A DNA stretch of 64,000 nucleotides from Lytechinus pictus (Eukaryota), in assembly GCF_037042905.1 (NCBI RefSeq), contig NC_087257.1, forward strand, positions 24,056,001-24,120,000, written 5' to 3'. The position numbers and the translations under genes are program-made. Below are positions 47,991-60,234 of this stretch, piece by piece (positions within the stretch are counted from its first letter, which is position 1; each line of letters starts with the position of its first letter). The notes below the pieces were generated by a model that saw nothing but the letters and a program-made list of their open reading frames with translations, searched no databases and was not told where the DNA came from.

Positions 47991-48728
47991 CTGTAACATA
48001 CATAAATACAATTATCATTATGGGTATGTTCATTATACAAATTAAAGGTCAAGTCCACCCCAGAAAAATGTTGACTGGAATCAATAGAGGAAAATCAAAC
48101 AAGCATAATGTTGAAAAATGTCATCAAAATCGGATGTGAAATAAGAAATAAGTTATTACATTTTTAATTTTCGCTTATTTCTCAAAAATTATACGCATAA
48201 CTCAGTAATATGCACAACTCAGCGACATGTAAATGAGAAAGTCGATGATGTTCCTCACTCCCTATTGTTTTATTGTTTGAATTATATAATATTTCAATTT
48301 TTACAGATTTGATAATAACGACCATCTATATTAAATCAGAGAATATTAAAACAACGGTAATTCCACGTGAGACGCTTAAGGCTTTTTATCACACATGACA
48401 ATTATGAAAATATTACAATATTTCATATTTCATTATAATCATATAATAATCATAATCTATTGTATCATCATTGCTATCATTTTACCATTAATATAATAAC
48501 ACGTTCTCTATGATCATCATCATCGTAAAACAATTCATATTACTATTATCATAATTATACAATCAATATTATGATCATGATTGTCAACAGAAAGTCTCAC
48601 TATCTCTGTAAAAAATATGTACACAGAGATAAGTGAATAATGAAAATACAAATTTAAATAATCCCGGGAGTAATCATGGCAATAACAAATTGAAAATAGA
48701 GGCCTTGAACACAATCATTATATATATA

Positions 48729-49556
48729 CAGTGCGTCCCACAAAAAAACAAAACCGAGATTTATCGATGATTTATCATAACTTAATCACAAATACAATAG
48801 ACAAATGACCTACCATTGTAAAGCTTAGAATCTCCTCTTTCATCTGAAATTACTTAGATTATTTCTCATTCACACATGAGTGAGCAAAAACAATTCGAAG
48901 AGGGGATACCAAAAAGTCATTTGGCGGGCTGTATCTGGGTTTCAAAAAGAAAACCACATTTTTAAAAAGTTCAATATCTGCTCTTTAATTTGATACCTCA
49001 ATTACAGAAAATGGTCAAGAAATAACCAAGCTCTGAATATTTGAAATAAGGCTTGAATTTCAATAATTTCATAAAATGAAGAGGTTTTACAGGCTAGCGT
49101 TCAAACTCACTCGACACTCCGTTTTGTTGACGATCAGCCATGCATTAAGTCTTTTGTTAACCATGCGATAGCTTCTGTGGGAAACCGGTGAAAACAGGTT
49201 TATTTAATGAAATTATGGAAATACAAGCATTGTTTCATTGTTTCGAGGGAACATAACTTGTTTACTACTGGACCATTTTTTGTGATTAAGGTATCAAATA
49301 AAAAAGCAGATATTGAACTTTTTAGGCATGTGATTTTCTTTTTGAAATTCAGATACCCCCCGCCAAATGAGTTTTTGGTATCCTTTCTTCAAATTGTTTT
49401 TGCTCACTCATGCGTGAATGAGGAATAATCTAAGTAATATCAGATGAAAGAGGAGATTCTAAGCTTTACATTGGTAGGTCATTTGTCTATTGCATTTGTG
49501 ATTAAGTTATGATAAATCATCGCTTAATCTCGGTTTCGTTTTTGTAATAAACACTG
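48729..49556. mobile_element. Foldback MITE with about 290-bp inverted arms, Tc1/mariner-like CAGTG ends
   Basis: 48729-about 49016 is the reverse complement of about 49271-49556; TA at the left end. Confidence 0.82.
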
Positions 49557-49659
49557 TCGGAGCTTTTATAAAATGCTCCTTTATTTAGTCTAGTTTCGCT
49601 TTCATTCTTTGATCTTCATCAGGACGAGAAATGGGGGGTCCAGTTGGTACTTTGCTTAC

Positions 49660-49832
49660 CGTATTAATAATTTTTGTTCTTCTGTTGTCATAGTGTGCTC
49701 AAGAAGAGACTTGGAGTATACCGTGTTGGTACTGGTCCATGAAAAATCTGAACAACTCAAATTCGCTTTTATTGGAGCTGTGCAGAACCATGGTGCGTCT
49801 ATACCAGACCGCGTTAAATCACATATGCTTAC
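49660..49832 (-). CDS. NXPE: NXPE-family internal exon (VSICDLTRSGIDAPWFCTAPIKANLSC...EEQKLLIR); upstream exons not found in the window
   Basis: C...PWFC..P...C pattern typical of NXPE; pyrimidine-rich CAG acceptor and GTAAGC donor. Confidence 0.82.
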
Positions 49833-49953
49833 CTGTAGGTGGAATGTAGGATGTGGAAAATAGACATGATTTGAAACACAGAGAGACCCCGGGGGCCAGT
49901 CATTGCTGTACGCATGCGTGACCCCCCCCCCAACAAAAAAAACCCGCATTTAA

Positions 49954-50802
49954 GGACGTTCCACAGTTAAAGTAAAATCCATGTCATTTTCACCAAACTT
50001 TGCACATAGATACTTTAGAACCTTATTATTCGAAATATGCAAAAATTAACATAGGTCCATGTGCTTGATTTTTTGCTATAGAGCTTCAAAGTTCACCCAA
50101 ATTGATGTTCTTAAGAATTGCGCATTCAAAAGAATTTGGCATTTTTAGACCTCCCCAGATTACTACAATGAGTTTAAACCTCTATTACTCAGTCAAAATA
50201 CATGAAAAAGTCATCAAATTTCGCTAGAGAGTTAATAATTGTATCGTTATAATGGAGAATCTATTTATAGTGCTATTTGTTTGCAATTTTAAGTTTAACA
50301 GCGCTGTCATTTCTTTAAAAAGGCGTAAACGATAACAAAATCCCAATCTAAAAAATGTAAAATTTCAGTAACAAACTACAAACGTACAATAAATGCTGCA
50401 CTTTATTCAAAATCCATGTCATTTTCACCAAAATTTGCAGAGTTGTAGAGGAAGGTATACCTAAGAGGGACAAATATAAAAAATAGGGGTTCATGTGCTT
50501 GTTTTTAAACTATCGGCATTTTTATTAGAGCAAATGTGCTTTTTAAAAAACCAAAAATGCGCCGAATGCTTTGTATCTATGTAAAGAAAAAAATCAAAAC
50601 CACTCTACCATGTATTCAAACTTGGGGTAATATTCGTGATTCTTGGCAGCAATGCAGAGTAAAGTATTTTGAAATTGTAGAATTTTTTTTTTGAATGGTT
50701 CATGGAACAATTCAATTTTTTAGCTTCATGAAATGACGCATCGGATCTGAGTGTAAACTACGCGCAGATCATAATGCGCACAAACATAACTGTGGAACGT
50801 CC
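49954..50802. mobile_element. Kolobok-like non-autonomous element (849 bp)
   Basis: Perfect 16-bp TIR GGACGTTCCACAGTTA, TTAA TSD, RR...YY termini; internal direct repeat at about 49975 and 50409. Confidence 0.85.
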
Positions 50803-51674
50803 TTAAAGGGGTGGTTTTTTCAGTTTTGAACGCGGGCCGCGCATGCACTCATTAAAGGAGAAATATATTGATTATGAATATGGCCTTATTATATATCAGT
50901 GGAGAGGTAATGATGTGAGGATTACCATTAGGTCATTCAAAAATAACGAAAATAATATATAAGGTGGAAATCGCCAATTAAAAAGCGCTAAAATGCCTCT
51001 CCGAAATATGCCTCGCATCGGTCTCTGAATTGACTCGAATTTGATGACGTCACTGTCTGAACGAGAGTCGTGATTGGCTCTCCCACGTCAAGCTCCACTT
51101 GCATGCAAAACCTGTTGCGAGGGTACGTTTTCTCCACACTGACACTGAATACTTCGATCATGAAATGAAAGAAAACCCAGAAGTTTATCTAGATTTGGAT
51201 TTTCAAATTGATGATTATGCAGATGAAGAGAATGATGATAAAGTTTCTAACTCTAGAAAAACAAAGTGACGTGGATGGTGGTAAATTAAGGGAATTACGC
51301 CGGTGATGATGAGTAGGACAATTCAACTTGCAAGCCGATTCGACCAACGCATGCAGCTGATAGCTGCACCGCGGGTCAAATCCATGAAAAAGAATTACAT
51401 GCAGCATGACCACATCCAGACAGAGTCTCTTTCCTCTATCAACAACATAATGAGAAGGAAAATAATAAAATAACTGTACTTACAAACATGGGCGGAAATC
51501 TGTCCCGAAAGGTAGGGGGGACAACAGGGGCTGATCCAGCCTTCGCCAATAGGGGGGGGGGGGGCGAAAACATTTTCAGTCATATGTTAACCCCCGATCG
51601 GCAGCTCTAAGGTAATTTTTGTCTGTTTCATTGAAGGAGTAGTCCTCATGGTCACTTTTTAGCTTCATCCTTAT

Positions 51675-52107
51675 TGTAGGTGCACTTTAATCCCGGACTT
51701 TTATGCTTCGTATTAGACACTTTCACACGCTTCCGTTCGTACCCTCCTCCGTTGTCCCAATCCTTTTGCGATCATCAAATCATCATCACAAACGTCCCGT
51801 GGCACAACAAACATCAAAACTTCAAAGATGAAACCTCACTAAGTAAATTTAGTTCGATGGTCTATAATTCTAGTCATTCTGCAGGGTTCCGTTACACATT
51901 CATCGATCCAAAAATACACAGAATCAATCAATTAAAGTATTGAAAGGGAATCAAATTCGGAAGGTTGAAAAATCGTATGCCTTCGCCGGGTCCCATATTG
52001 TACACGTTTTCTATAACAAAATACTGCCCCAGCCCCTCGATCGTCAATTTTAAGCCTTTACCAAGTTTGAACAAGAGATGGCGCTATTTCACTTCTTGGC
52101 AGTAACA
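51675..52107 (-). repeat. 3' LTR of C
   Basis: Direct repeat of 61194-61626; ATTAAA poly(A)-type signal near the LTR 3' end. Confidence 0.97.
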
Positions 52108-54599
52108 TTTCCGGCCCCTTAATTTTCATAAAACAAGTTTTTTTAAATTACTTCACTTACTACGCCCCTGAATACTAACAAATCATCGATCAAGAAACAA
52201 ACATTCAACAGAAACTCGGTATAAAGAGGTTTAGTAAACAACACTCCCAAAAACACAAGAATGATTAATCCTTAGTTTTAACTCTTGTGTTAAAATACAT
52301 GTATAGTACATGTTAACACCAAAACTTTGCCAAAAATGGGAGATAGTTTTAAAGACCTCATTAATTCGAGTTGCCACTATAACGCATGAAGATAAAATAT
52401 TCGCATAAATCTAATTCACTAAACTAAAACTACTAGCAAAATTATGTAAACATATCAACCACATCTAAAAGTTAATTGCTTTAAACACTTGCGGAGATAA
52501 TAAACAAACACTTCATAAGTAAAAACTGTGCTGGTAATAATGATTTCTCCAAGCTAATTGTGCTAAAAATTTAACTACGTTTAAATATAAAAACACATTT
52601 ACATGCATAAAGTGCAAAGGTGTGAGAACCAGTGTGAAAATATTTCTTCAAGACAAACACAAACATTCATTTCTAAGCATGCAATTTGCAAAACGAGGTT
52701 CTGAAATGAAATTGTGTTAAATTTAAGAATTTTGAATAAGAAAATGTTCAGCATTCTCACATCCCTGAAATATTGTGAAGGTTATAAGAAAACTGTTTTT
52801 ACTCAAATAAAAGAAGAAAATGTTGTGTTTCCTTGGTATACATGTCTTGTATATCATACCAATTAAAGGGCAAAGTCTAACATTAATGCGCTGCATTTTA
52901 TTTCCCTTTTATTATTATTTTTTTAACCAAAGCCAATTCATGCTTTTATTTGGCATACCTGACAGACATGTACATGTATATAAGGCTCAACAAAACAAAA
53001 ACATTAGTTACCATACATTTCAATCATCAAAAGTTTAGTCATTTATAATAAAGAAAATTGACAACAAATTTAGATCAAGATATGATATGAATAATCTAAA
53101 ACATCATGAGACATTATTGATATTACGTACTCGCATTTTGCCTTATTTGTTTTCTATGAAGTCGCCATACTAAAACATTTATCCAATATAAATACCATAT
53201 GGAATAGGTAAAATGGCTTGTAGATAGATACAACTGACTTAAATTGGCTATTGTATCAATCTTTTGCATTGTGAAAAAACTATGGTAATTGAAATCGTCT
53301 CAAACTTCATGAGTAAATACGCTTTACATATCAAAACAAATTTCACTATTTCATAAACTATTGTATATTCTTTATGAACCACCTCAATGTAAAGAGGAAA
53401 CATTTAAAACTTTAAAGTTTGAACACCTTGGGACTATTAAATATCATAAAATATTTTACCCTGCAAGATTTGCACTTCATAATAAAGAGAGTATTACCAG
53501 CAAAAAAAAAACCCCACACAAATGTAGCCTTTTGGTAGTTATAAAGGCCCCGTAGACTTTGTCAAATCAATATACCTATATAGTAAGTATTTCAAAGTCA
53601 AATTGCATCCTTATAACAGCTTTAACCCTAATTCTCCCGGGGGGTTTTAGGGTTAATACTGATGTATTCTCGCTCTGAAAATATGTGCAAAACAAAAATG
53701 TGATATACTGCATTTAAAATTAAAGCAAAAATATTCATTTTGTAATGTTAAACTATCAAAGAAATACCTGCCTTCTCTTCCAATATATAACTGAGAAGAA
53801 TCACACTTTTACAAACATAAATCATTATTTTGAAAGCACCCTTATACATGTAACTCTTATAACATAAATCCGTAAGGTATGATTTCCTTTTAATTTTCCA
53901 CTTTCCATCTATGGACGGACATTAGAACCATTTTCCAAATACATGTAAATATTTGTACTAGGCCTCTAAAAGCATGTATGTCTCAGAGGCAGATTTTCAA
54001 TGGAAAACCTAAGCTTAAAACCATGGCAAAAAACAATTTCATATTTGCAACTTAGGTTTTATAAAATCTTATTAAAGCAAGATTTTGAGTTACACGTATA
54101 AGTGCATCAAATAAACACATGATCACAACATAAAACAATAGCAAAATGTTCATTATCCTGGATATCCGTTCTTCACTGAGTTCTTTCAGTTTTAACGTCA
54201 GAGTTCTTTAGAATGAATTCAGCTCTAGTCTTTTCTCATCATAAACATATTGAATGTTCCCATTGTCCTGCTTTCTGTTGCTGAATATTCAGTAAGCGTT
54301 CATAAAGTCTGGTACATGTATGATGCTTCAAAATGCAGCGAAGGTCTGCTGATCGTTTGGTAGGCGAAAAATGAAACATATGTTTGACACTCGGCATCCT
54401 TTCTCAAGAGCGTAATTATTTCTCACAAAAGTACAACAAAATCTTGAAATGGATAACATGAAGTAAATGATAATCGTGGTTGTGAACTTCTGATTAATGA
54501 TCCAACTGTCGTATGCTCAGCTGATCAAATTTCAAATATCATATATTTGTGACGGCGCTAGGCTCGCATCACATTATGCATAAAAAATAAATCGATCCA

Positions 54600-54697
54600 A
54601 CAAGGTATCCAAATATTTCACATTGAGCTTCATCGCAAAGGTGTATCCAAATATTTCACATTGAGCTTCATCACAAAGGTGTATCCAAATATTTCAC
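54600..54697. repeat. Tandem repeat of about 38 bp (about 2.5 copies) in the 3' region of C
   Basis: AAGGTGTATCCAAATATTTCACATTGAGCTTCATC(G/A)CA is repeated. Confidence 0.9.
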
Positions 54698-54945
54698 TGA
54701 AGTAACTGAAATGCTGACAAATTTTGTGGTGGCGCTAGGCTCGCACCACTTTAAGCAGAAATGGATCACTTCAAGAAAAACATCAAAATATTTCTTGCTG
54801 GTTGTCATTAAAGGCATTCACATGTCCAAGTGTCGCTTATTGAAATGATGAAACAAATTGTGGCGGCGCTAGGCTCACACCACATCATATTCATATAAAC
54901 TAATCCTGTATCTGTTAAATTCTCAACGCTCCAATAACTATCCAT

Positions 54946-57900
54946 TTATATGTCTCCTTCTAAGATGAAACACAGCTTGCTAATTGGCCTTAAGTAGACA
55001 CCCAACTTTGTTTTCACCTCGGCTTTGCGAACTAAGCCCTCATCATCCGCATACACTTGAGTAACTCGTCCCAATAACCAAGAGTTTCGTGGTAACGTCT
55101 GATCTACAACAAGCACCAAGTCACCTACTTGAAGGCTACGTTGAGGCTCCACCCACTTCTGCCTCTGCTGTAGTTGAGGTAGATATTCTCTCATCCACCT
55201 TCGCCAGAATATATCTGACAAGTACTGCACCTGCTTCCATCTCCTTCTAGCATAAGTATCAGTCTCTCTTGTTAGCGTCGGAGGTAGTACAGGTTGAGAC
55301 TTCATCAGGATCAAATGGTTAGGCGTTAATGCTTCCAAGTCATTCGGGTCATTTGAGGCCTTTGTCAAAGGCCTTCCATTAATGATACCTTCAGCTTCAC
55401 ACAGGAAAGTGTGTAAACCTTCGTCATCAAGTCTTTGCTGCCTAACCAGATTGAATAGCAACTGTCTGACAGTACGAATTTGGCGCTCCCAAACGCCACC
55501 GTGATGAGAACCACCTGGAGGGTTAAAGGTCCACTGAATGTTACGTTGCAACAGTGTGTCGCTGATCTGTACTTGATTCCAGTTATCAATTTCCCGTTTA
55601 AGCTCTCTTTGTGCTCCTATCAGATTTGTTCCATTATCGGACCTCATATGATTTACTGTTCCCCGTCTGGCAATAAATTTCCTGATGGCTGCGATGCACG
55701 AGTCTGTGTTTAGACTCTCAGCTTTCTCGATATGCACCGCCCTGGAAACTAAACATGTGAACATCACTCCATATGTTTTAACTACAGATCGCCCTCTCTT
55801 TACCTCTAAAGGACCGAAGTAGTCTATTCCAACTGAGGTAAATGGAGGTTCATCAGGTTTGACTCGATCAGAAGGTAGATTTGCCATCTTTTGCTCCATA
55901 ATCTTGGCTCTATGCCGTCGGCAAGAAATACATCTGCTAATCATTTTCCTGATGGCTGCGTCAGCACTTGGCATCCAGTATTTCCGATGTAGGCTTGACA
56001 GAATGTAATTCCTTCCCATATGTCCTGACATATTGTGTAAGTTTTCCAGGATCAAATTTGAGACGTGCTCATTCTTGGGAATGATTACCTGGTGCTTAGC
56101 ACTGTCTGGCATTGAGCTCCTATGCAGCCTTCCTCCAACTCTTAACAAGCCCTCATTGATCACTGGGTCGAGTTTGTATATTCGACTTGTTTTCCTGATT
56201 CCTGAACTTCCTCTTCTGTTTTCTCCAACAGCAGATTCCTTTCTTTCTAGACATCTGATTTCTTGAGCAAAGTTGTCCTTCTGCACAAACTTTAGGATCA
56301 TACTCTCTGCTACCTCCATTTCCTTGAGTGTAATCCTGGCTTTCAAGCTGTTGTCTTTAGATACATCTTTGGCCTTGTTCTTAGACTTCAGTACTACCCA
56401 TCTTAAGAATCTCTTTAGTCTGATCCAATCTGAATAATAATTCACCAGTTCTCTTGTTGGATTATTACATTCTTGGTTTGCTTCTGTTGCTAAGCATTTT
56501 CCTTTAACTTCCAGCTCCACTGTAATGTCATCGGGTAACACTTCACACTTGTTCATCCATTCATTGTCTGGATTCTTCAGGAATTCTGGTCCATCCTTCC
56601 AGGCTTTCCATTGAAGGAACTTGCTAACCTCGACTCCTCTTGAACAGCTGTCGGCGGGATTCATTGATGACTCCACATAACGCCATTGATGTGGTTCTGA
56701 TCCGTCCCTTATTACTGCCACTCTGTTAGCGACGAATGTCTTAAATCTGGCTGTTTGATTGGTTACATATCCTAAGACTGACATACTATCTGTCCAGAAA
56801 TATGTTTGGTCTATGGGAAATTCTAGCTCTTCCCTGATCATATGATTAATCCTGACCGCTAGAGTCGCTGCTGCGAGTTCCATTCTTGGGATGGAGACTT
56901 CCTTCAATGGTGCTACCCTTGCTTTGCTTGTTACCAAGCTCATCTGAATCTCGTCTTCCCTTTGCCATCTTAGATAGGAGACTGTCCCGTACCCTTTCTC
57001 ACTAGCATCACAAAAATGGTGTAAAGTCACTGCTTCTGCATCAAACCTGCTAGGCTTAAGGCATCTAGGCATCTTAAATTGCGAGAGCATGGGTAGCTCC
57101 GCCTTCCACTTCTGCCACTTCTTAGACATGTCTAATGGGATCTCTTCATCCCAACCTAGCTGAGATCGGCACAGTACTTGGAGCAACTGCTTTGCTGGCA
57201 ATATCACTGGAGACACACATCCTATAGGATCGTATACCGAGCTAACTGTGGATAAAATGCCTCTTCTTGTGCAAGGTCTATCCTTCAGGTCGACCTTCAC
57301 ACCTATGGTGTCGTCATCAGTGGACCACTCAATTCCAAGAGCTCTTTCTGTCACATTATTCTTAATATCCAGATCCATCCCTCTGATGCTCTTTGCTCTT
57401 TCCCTTGATGGTACCGATTTCAGCACTTCTTGTTGGTTACAAATCCACTTAGTCAAATGGAATCCTCCACCTCGGCATACTTCTATTAGGTCAGACATCA
57501 GCTGAACGGATTCTTCTACACTGGATGTAGAGCACAGGCAGTCATCTACGTAAAAATTCTGATGTACTGTTCTTACAATTTCTTCAGGGAATCTGTCTGC
57601 TTGGTCCACTGCCGCTCTTTTCAATGCGTAATTGGCACATGATGGTGAGGACACAGCGCCGAACACATGAACTTTCATCCTTAACTCTGATAATGGTTTC
57701 TGAATATCACCCTGGTCCCACCACAGAAATCGCATGAGATCCCTGTCGTCCTTCGGTACTCGAATCTGCGAGAACATCCCTTCTATATCTGCCATGAGTG
57801 CTACCCTGTCCTGTCTGAATCTGGTTAACACGCCGAACAGTCGGTTAGTTAAATCCGGCCCCTGTAGCAGCTCCCTATTTACACAGAAACCTCCATATTC

Positions 57901-60234
57901 TGCCGAACAATCAAATACGACTCTCAGCTTTTTCTTGTGAGGATGAGTGACACCATGGTGAGGGAGGTACCACAGTCTGCCATCATCTCTATCTCTTTCC
58001 TCTTCAGGTACCTTTTCCATGTAACCTTTCTTCTCCATCGAGTCCACAAAGGCAGTGTATTCTTTCTGAAATTCAGGTTGTCGTTCAAACCTTTTCTTTA
58101 AGTGGCCTAACCTTTGAGCTGCTTGGGGTCGGTTGCTGGGCAACTTGATATCTTCTCTCTTAAGAGGGAGGGCGATCTCGTAGTGACCATCTTGCAATTT
58201 GATTGAATGCTCCACCTTATTCATGAAGACCTTATCTTCTTGCGACTTCTCCTGTTTCTCTTCAATGATCCTTTCATTGAAGTCTTGATTGAAGAGCCTT
58301 TCAAATTGAAGGTCAATGTTTGCTTTCGCCTTCACCCTGTGGGACTGAATTCTGCGAGCACTATTTGCATGTTCCCTAACGGCTCCATAAATCAGCCAGC
58401 CTAGCACGGTCTTGCAAGCAAAGGGTCCGTTAGGGGTTTCACTGTTGATCACCTCAATTGGCTCCATTGCCTTTGGTACATTGCTTCCTATAAGTAAACC
58501 AACATGAGCTTCTTGGATGGCTGGTAACTCAATACCTTGAAGGTAGGGCCATTTCTGTATGTCTTCCTTTGTTGGTACGTCTTCCATGTTCACTGGTATC
58601 TTTTCTTGTGAATACACCTCTGGAAGCTGGACAATGTTTTTGCCTGTCAAATCTGAGACTTCCATACCGGTGAACACCTGGCTGCGTACCACCTTTTCAT
58701 CAGTCATGGTAGACACATGGAGATTTATCTTCCTTTTCTGAAGATGAAGGGTGCTGGCAAGCTTCTCTGTGCAGAAAACCGCATTACTACCAGAGTCAAC
58801 AAAGGCATATGTTTTGACTTCCATTCCAGTCTCACGTGACCTCACTATCACTGGGATAATGCCTGGTAGAGTGTCTATCCGAGATGAACTAGCGAAACTA
58901 CACTTGACGTGAGTTTCCTGGTTAATGTTTTCATGGATTGTCTGCCGACTCTGACCAGCATGTGTAGTCCCAGCAGCTGATGCCTCTGGCTCCAGTGACT
59001 CCTCCGAGACCTGCCTATCCCTACTGATGCTATTGTTCGTGGAAGGATTATCTTTCTTCTCCCTGTGTAGCACTGTAGGATGAGATTTACCACATACACT
59101 ACACTTCAGCCTCCACTTGCAGTCTTTTGCCATGTGTCCAGTCTTGCGTAGACAGCCGAAACAAAGACCTTGCTTCTTACAGACTGTTATTCGTTCATCA
59201 TAAGGCTTGGATGCTAATGCAGGGCACTCCGCAAGTGAATGGCTCCTCTCCTTGCAAATTATACAAGATTCTATATCCTTAGACCCCTCAGGAGTTGCTG
59301 ATACACCCAAACTGGTTCTGTGTGTGTTTGACGCCTTACCACCAACAGTTCCAGATTTCCCTGTCTGTTTGGTCTGGTACTTCAGGAGATCACCATACAC
59401 AGGGTTGGTGGCGATTCTGGCCTGTTTTGTGACAAATTTCACGACATCAGCAAAAGTAACATTCCTTTCCTTCTCCTCCAAGATATCATCAGCTAAAACT
59501 CGCCATCTTTCCCTGAGTTTGTATGGGAGTTTTCCTATAACCTGCTTAATGCTTTGTGAGTGATCAACTTCACATAGCATTTGGAGATCCTTTGCGAGAT
59601 TGTGTAGCTCAGTTACGAAAATCGAAAAACGATGCAGTTCCTCTCCATCTTCAGGCTTTATATCCTGCCACTGGAAGGCTCTCTTCATCATGGTTTCGAT
59701 GATTCTTTGGGTATTTCCAAACTTTCTCTTAAGAAGATCCTTTGCCTTCTTGCAAGCCATGGACTTGTCTTGGCCATACATGCAGCTTTTTACAATGGCA
59801 TTCGCATCTCCTGTGGTATACTGGTCTAAATAATAAAGCCTGTCGACATCGTTACTGGTCTTGGCCTCTACTGCATGTTCGAAGGCACTTATGAATGAGT
59901 AGTATTCAATTGGATCCCCATTGAAGGGCTTTATGCGCTGAGGAGGCAGAGCAGCCTTCATGTTACAATCAACAAGCATCCTCATCAGCTGGTTCTGTTG
60001 TTCAAAATAGGACATCATTGATGCACTGTCCATCATTCTTGTACCTGGAGCAGCATGATATGGAGCTGAAGGTGGTTGGCTCCCATCCATGGCATAAGCT
60101 ATATATTCCTCTTCGCTTGTTCGGCTATCATCTTCCATGAACAAGCCTGGACTAGATGCAGGTTGACCTGCTTGCGACATTACTGGATCTTGTAAAAGTT
60201 TGTGCAAATCAGCACCCCGTCTCACCTCATCCAT
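54946..60234 (-). CDS. BEL/Pao Gag-Pol polyprotein (1762 aa)
   Basis: FNGDPIEY gag motif, three Cys/His knuckles, protease FVDSGS, RT ADIEGMF...FYVDD, RNase H HHFCDASE/IPRMEL/WTDS, integrase IDYFGP/SDNGT/WERQI. Confidence 0.97.
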   Translation of the reverse strand: MDEVRRGADLHKLLQDPVMSQAGQPASSPGLFMEDDSRTSEEEYIAYAMDGSQPPSAPYHAAPGTRMMDSASMMSYFEQQNQLMRMLVDCNMKAALPPQRIKPFNGDPIEYYSFISAFEHAVEAKTSNDVDRLYYLDQYTTGDANAIVKSCMYGQDKSMACKKAKDLLKRKFGNTQRIIETMMKRAFQWQDIKPEDGEELHRFSIFVTELHNLAKDLQMLCEVDHSQSIKQVIGKLPYKLRERWRVLADDILEEKERNVTFADVVKFVTKQARIATNPVYGDLLKYQTKQTGKSGTVGGKASNTHRTSLGVSATPEGSKDIESCIICKERSHSLAECPALASKPYDERITVCKKQGLCFGCLRKTGHMAKDCKWRLKCSVCGKSHPTVLHREKKDNPSTNNSISRDRQVSEESLEPEASAAGTTHAGQSRQTIHENINQETHVKCSFASSSRIDTLPGIIPVIVRSRETGMEVKTYAFVDSGSNAVFCTEKLASTLHLQKRKINLHVSTMTDEKVVRSQVFTGMEVSDLTGKNIVQLPEVYSQEKIPVNMEDVPTKEDIQKWPYLQGIELPAIQEAHVGLLIGSNVPKAMEPIEVINSETPNGPFACKTVLGWLIYGAVREHANSARRIQSHRVKAKANIDLQFERLFNQDFNERIIEEKQEKSQEDKVFMNKVEHSIKLQDGHYEIALPLKREDIKLPSNRPQAAQRLGHLKKRFERQPEFQKEYTAFVDSMEKKGYMEKVPEEERDRDDGRLWYLPHHGVTHPHKKKLRVVFDCSAEYGGFCVNRELLQGPDLTNRLFGVLTRFRQDRVALMADIEGMFSQIRVPKDDRDLMRFLWWDQGDIQKPLSELRMKVHVFGAVSSPSCANYALKRAAVDQADRFPEEIVRTVHQNFYVDDCLCSTSSVEESVQLMSDLIEVCRGGGFHLTKWICNQQEVLKSVPSRERAKSIRGMDLDIKNNVTERALGIEWSTDDDTIGVKVDLKDRPCTRRGILSTVSSVYDPIGCVSPVILPAKQLLQVLCRSQLGWDEEIPLDMSKKWQKWKAELPMLSQFKMPRCLKPSRFDAEAVTLHHFCDASEKGYGTVSYLRWQREDEIQMSLVTSKARVAPLKEVSIPRMELAAATLAVRINHMIREELEFPIDQTYFWTDSMSVLGYVTNQTARFKTFVANRVAVIRDGSEPHQWRYVESSMNPADSCSRGVEVSKFLQWKAWKDGPEFLKNPDNEWMNKCEVLPDDITVELEVKGKCLATEANQECNNPTRELVNYYSDWIRLKRFLRWVVLKSKNKAKDVSKDNSLKARITLKEMEVAESMILKFVQKDNFAQEIRCLERKESAVGENRRGSSGIRKTSRIYKLDPVINEGLLRVGGRLHRSSMPDSAKHQVIIPKNEHVSNLILENLHNMSGHMGRNYILSSLHRKYWMPSADAAIRKMISRCISCRRHRAKIMEQKMANLPSDRVKPDEPPFTSVGIDYFGPLEVKRGRSVVKTYGVMFTCLVSRAVHIEKAESLNTDSCIAAIRKFIARRGTVNHMRSDNGTNLIGAQRELKREIDNWNQVQISDTLLQRNIQWTFNPPGGSHHGGVWERQIRTVRQLLFNLVRQQRLDDEGLHTFLCEAEGIINGRPLTKASNDPNDLEALTPNHLILMKSQPVLPPTLTRETDTYARRRWKQVQYLSDIFWRRWMREYLPQLQQRQKWVEPQRSLQVGDLVLVVDQTLPRNSWLLGRVTQVYADDEGLVRKAEVKTKLGVYLRPISKLCFILEGDI

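Noticed and set aside
51680-51943. Identical 87-aa ORFs at 51680 and 61199; similar ORFs at 32410 and 39318
   Set aside because: They are duplicated only because they lie in LTRs, and they have no domain features.
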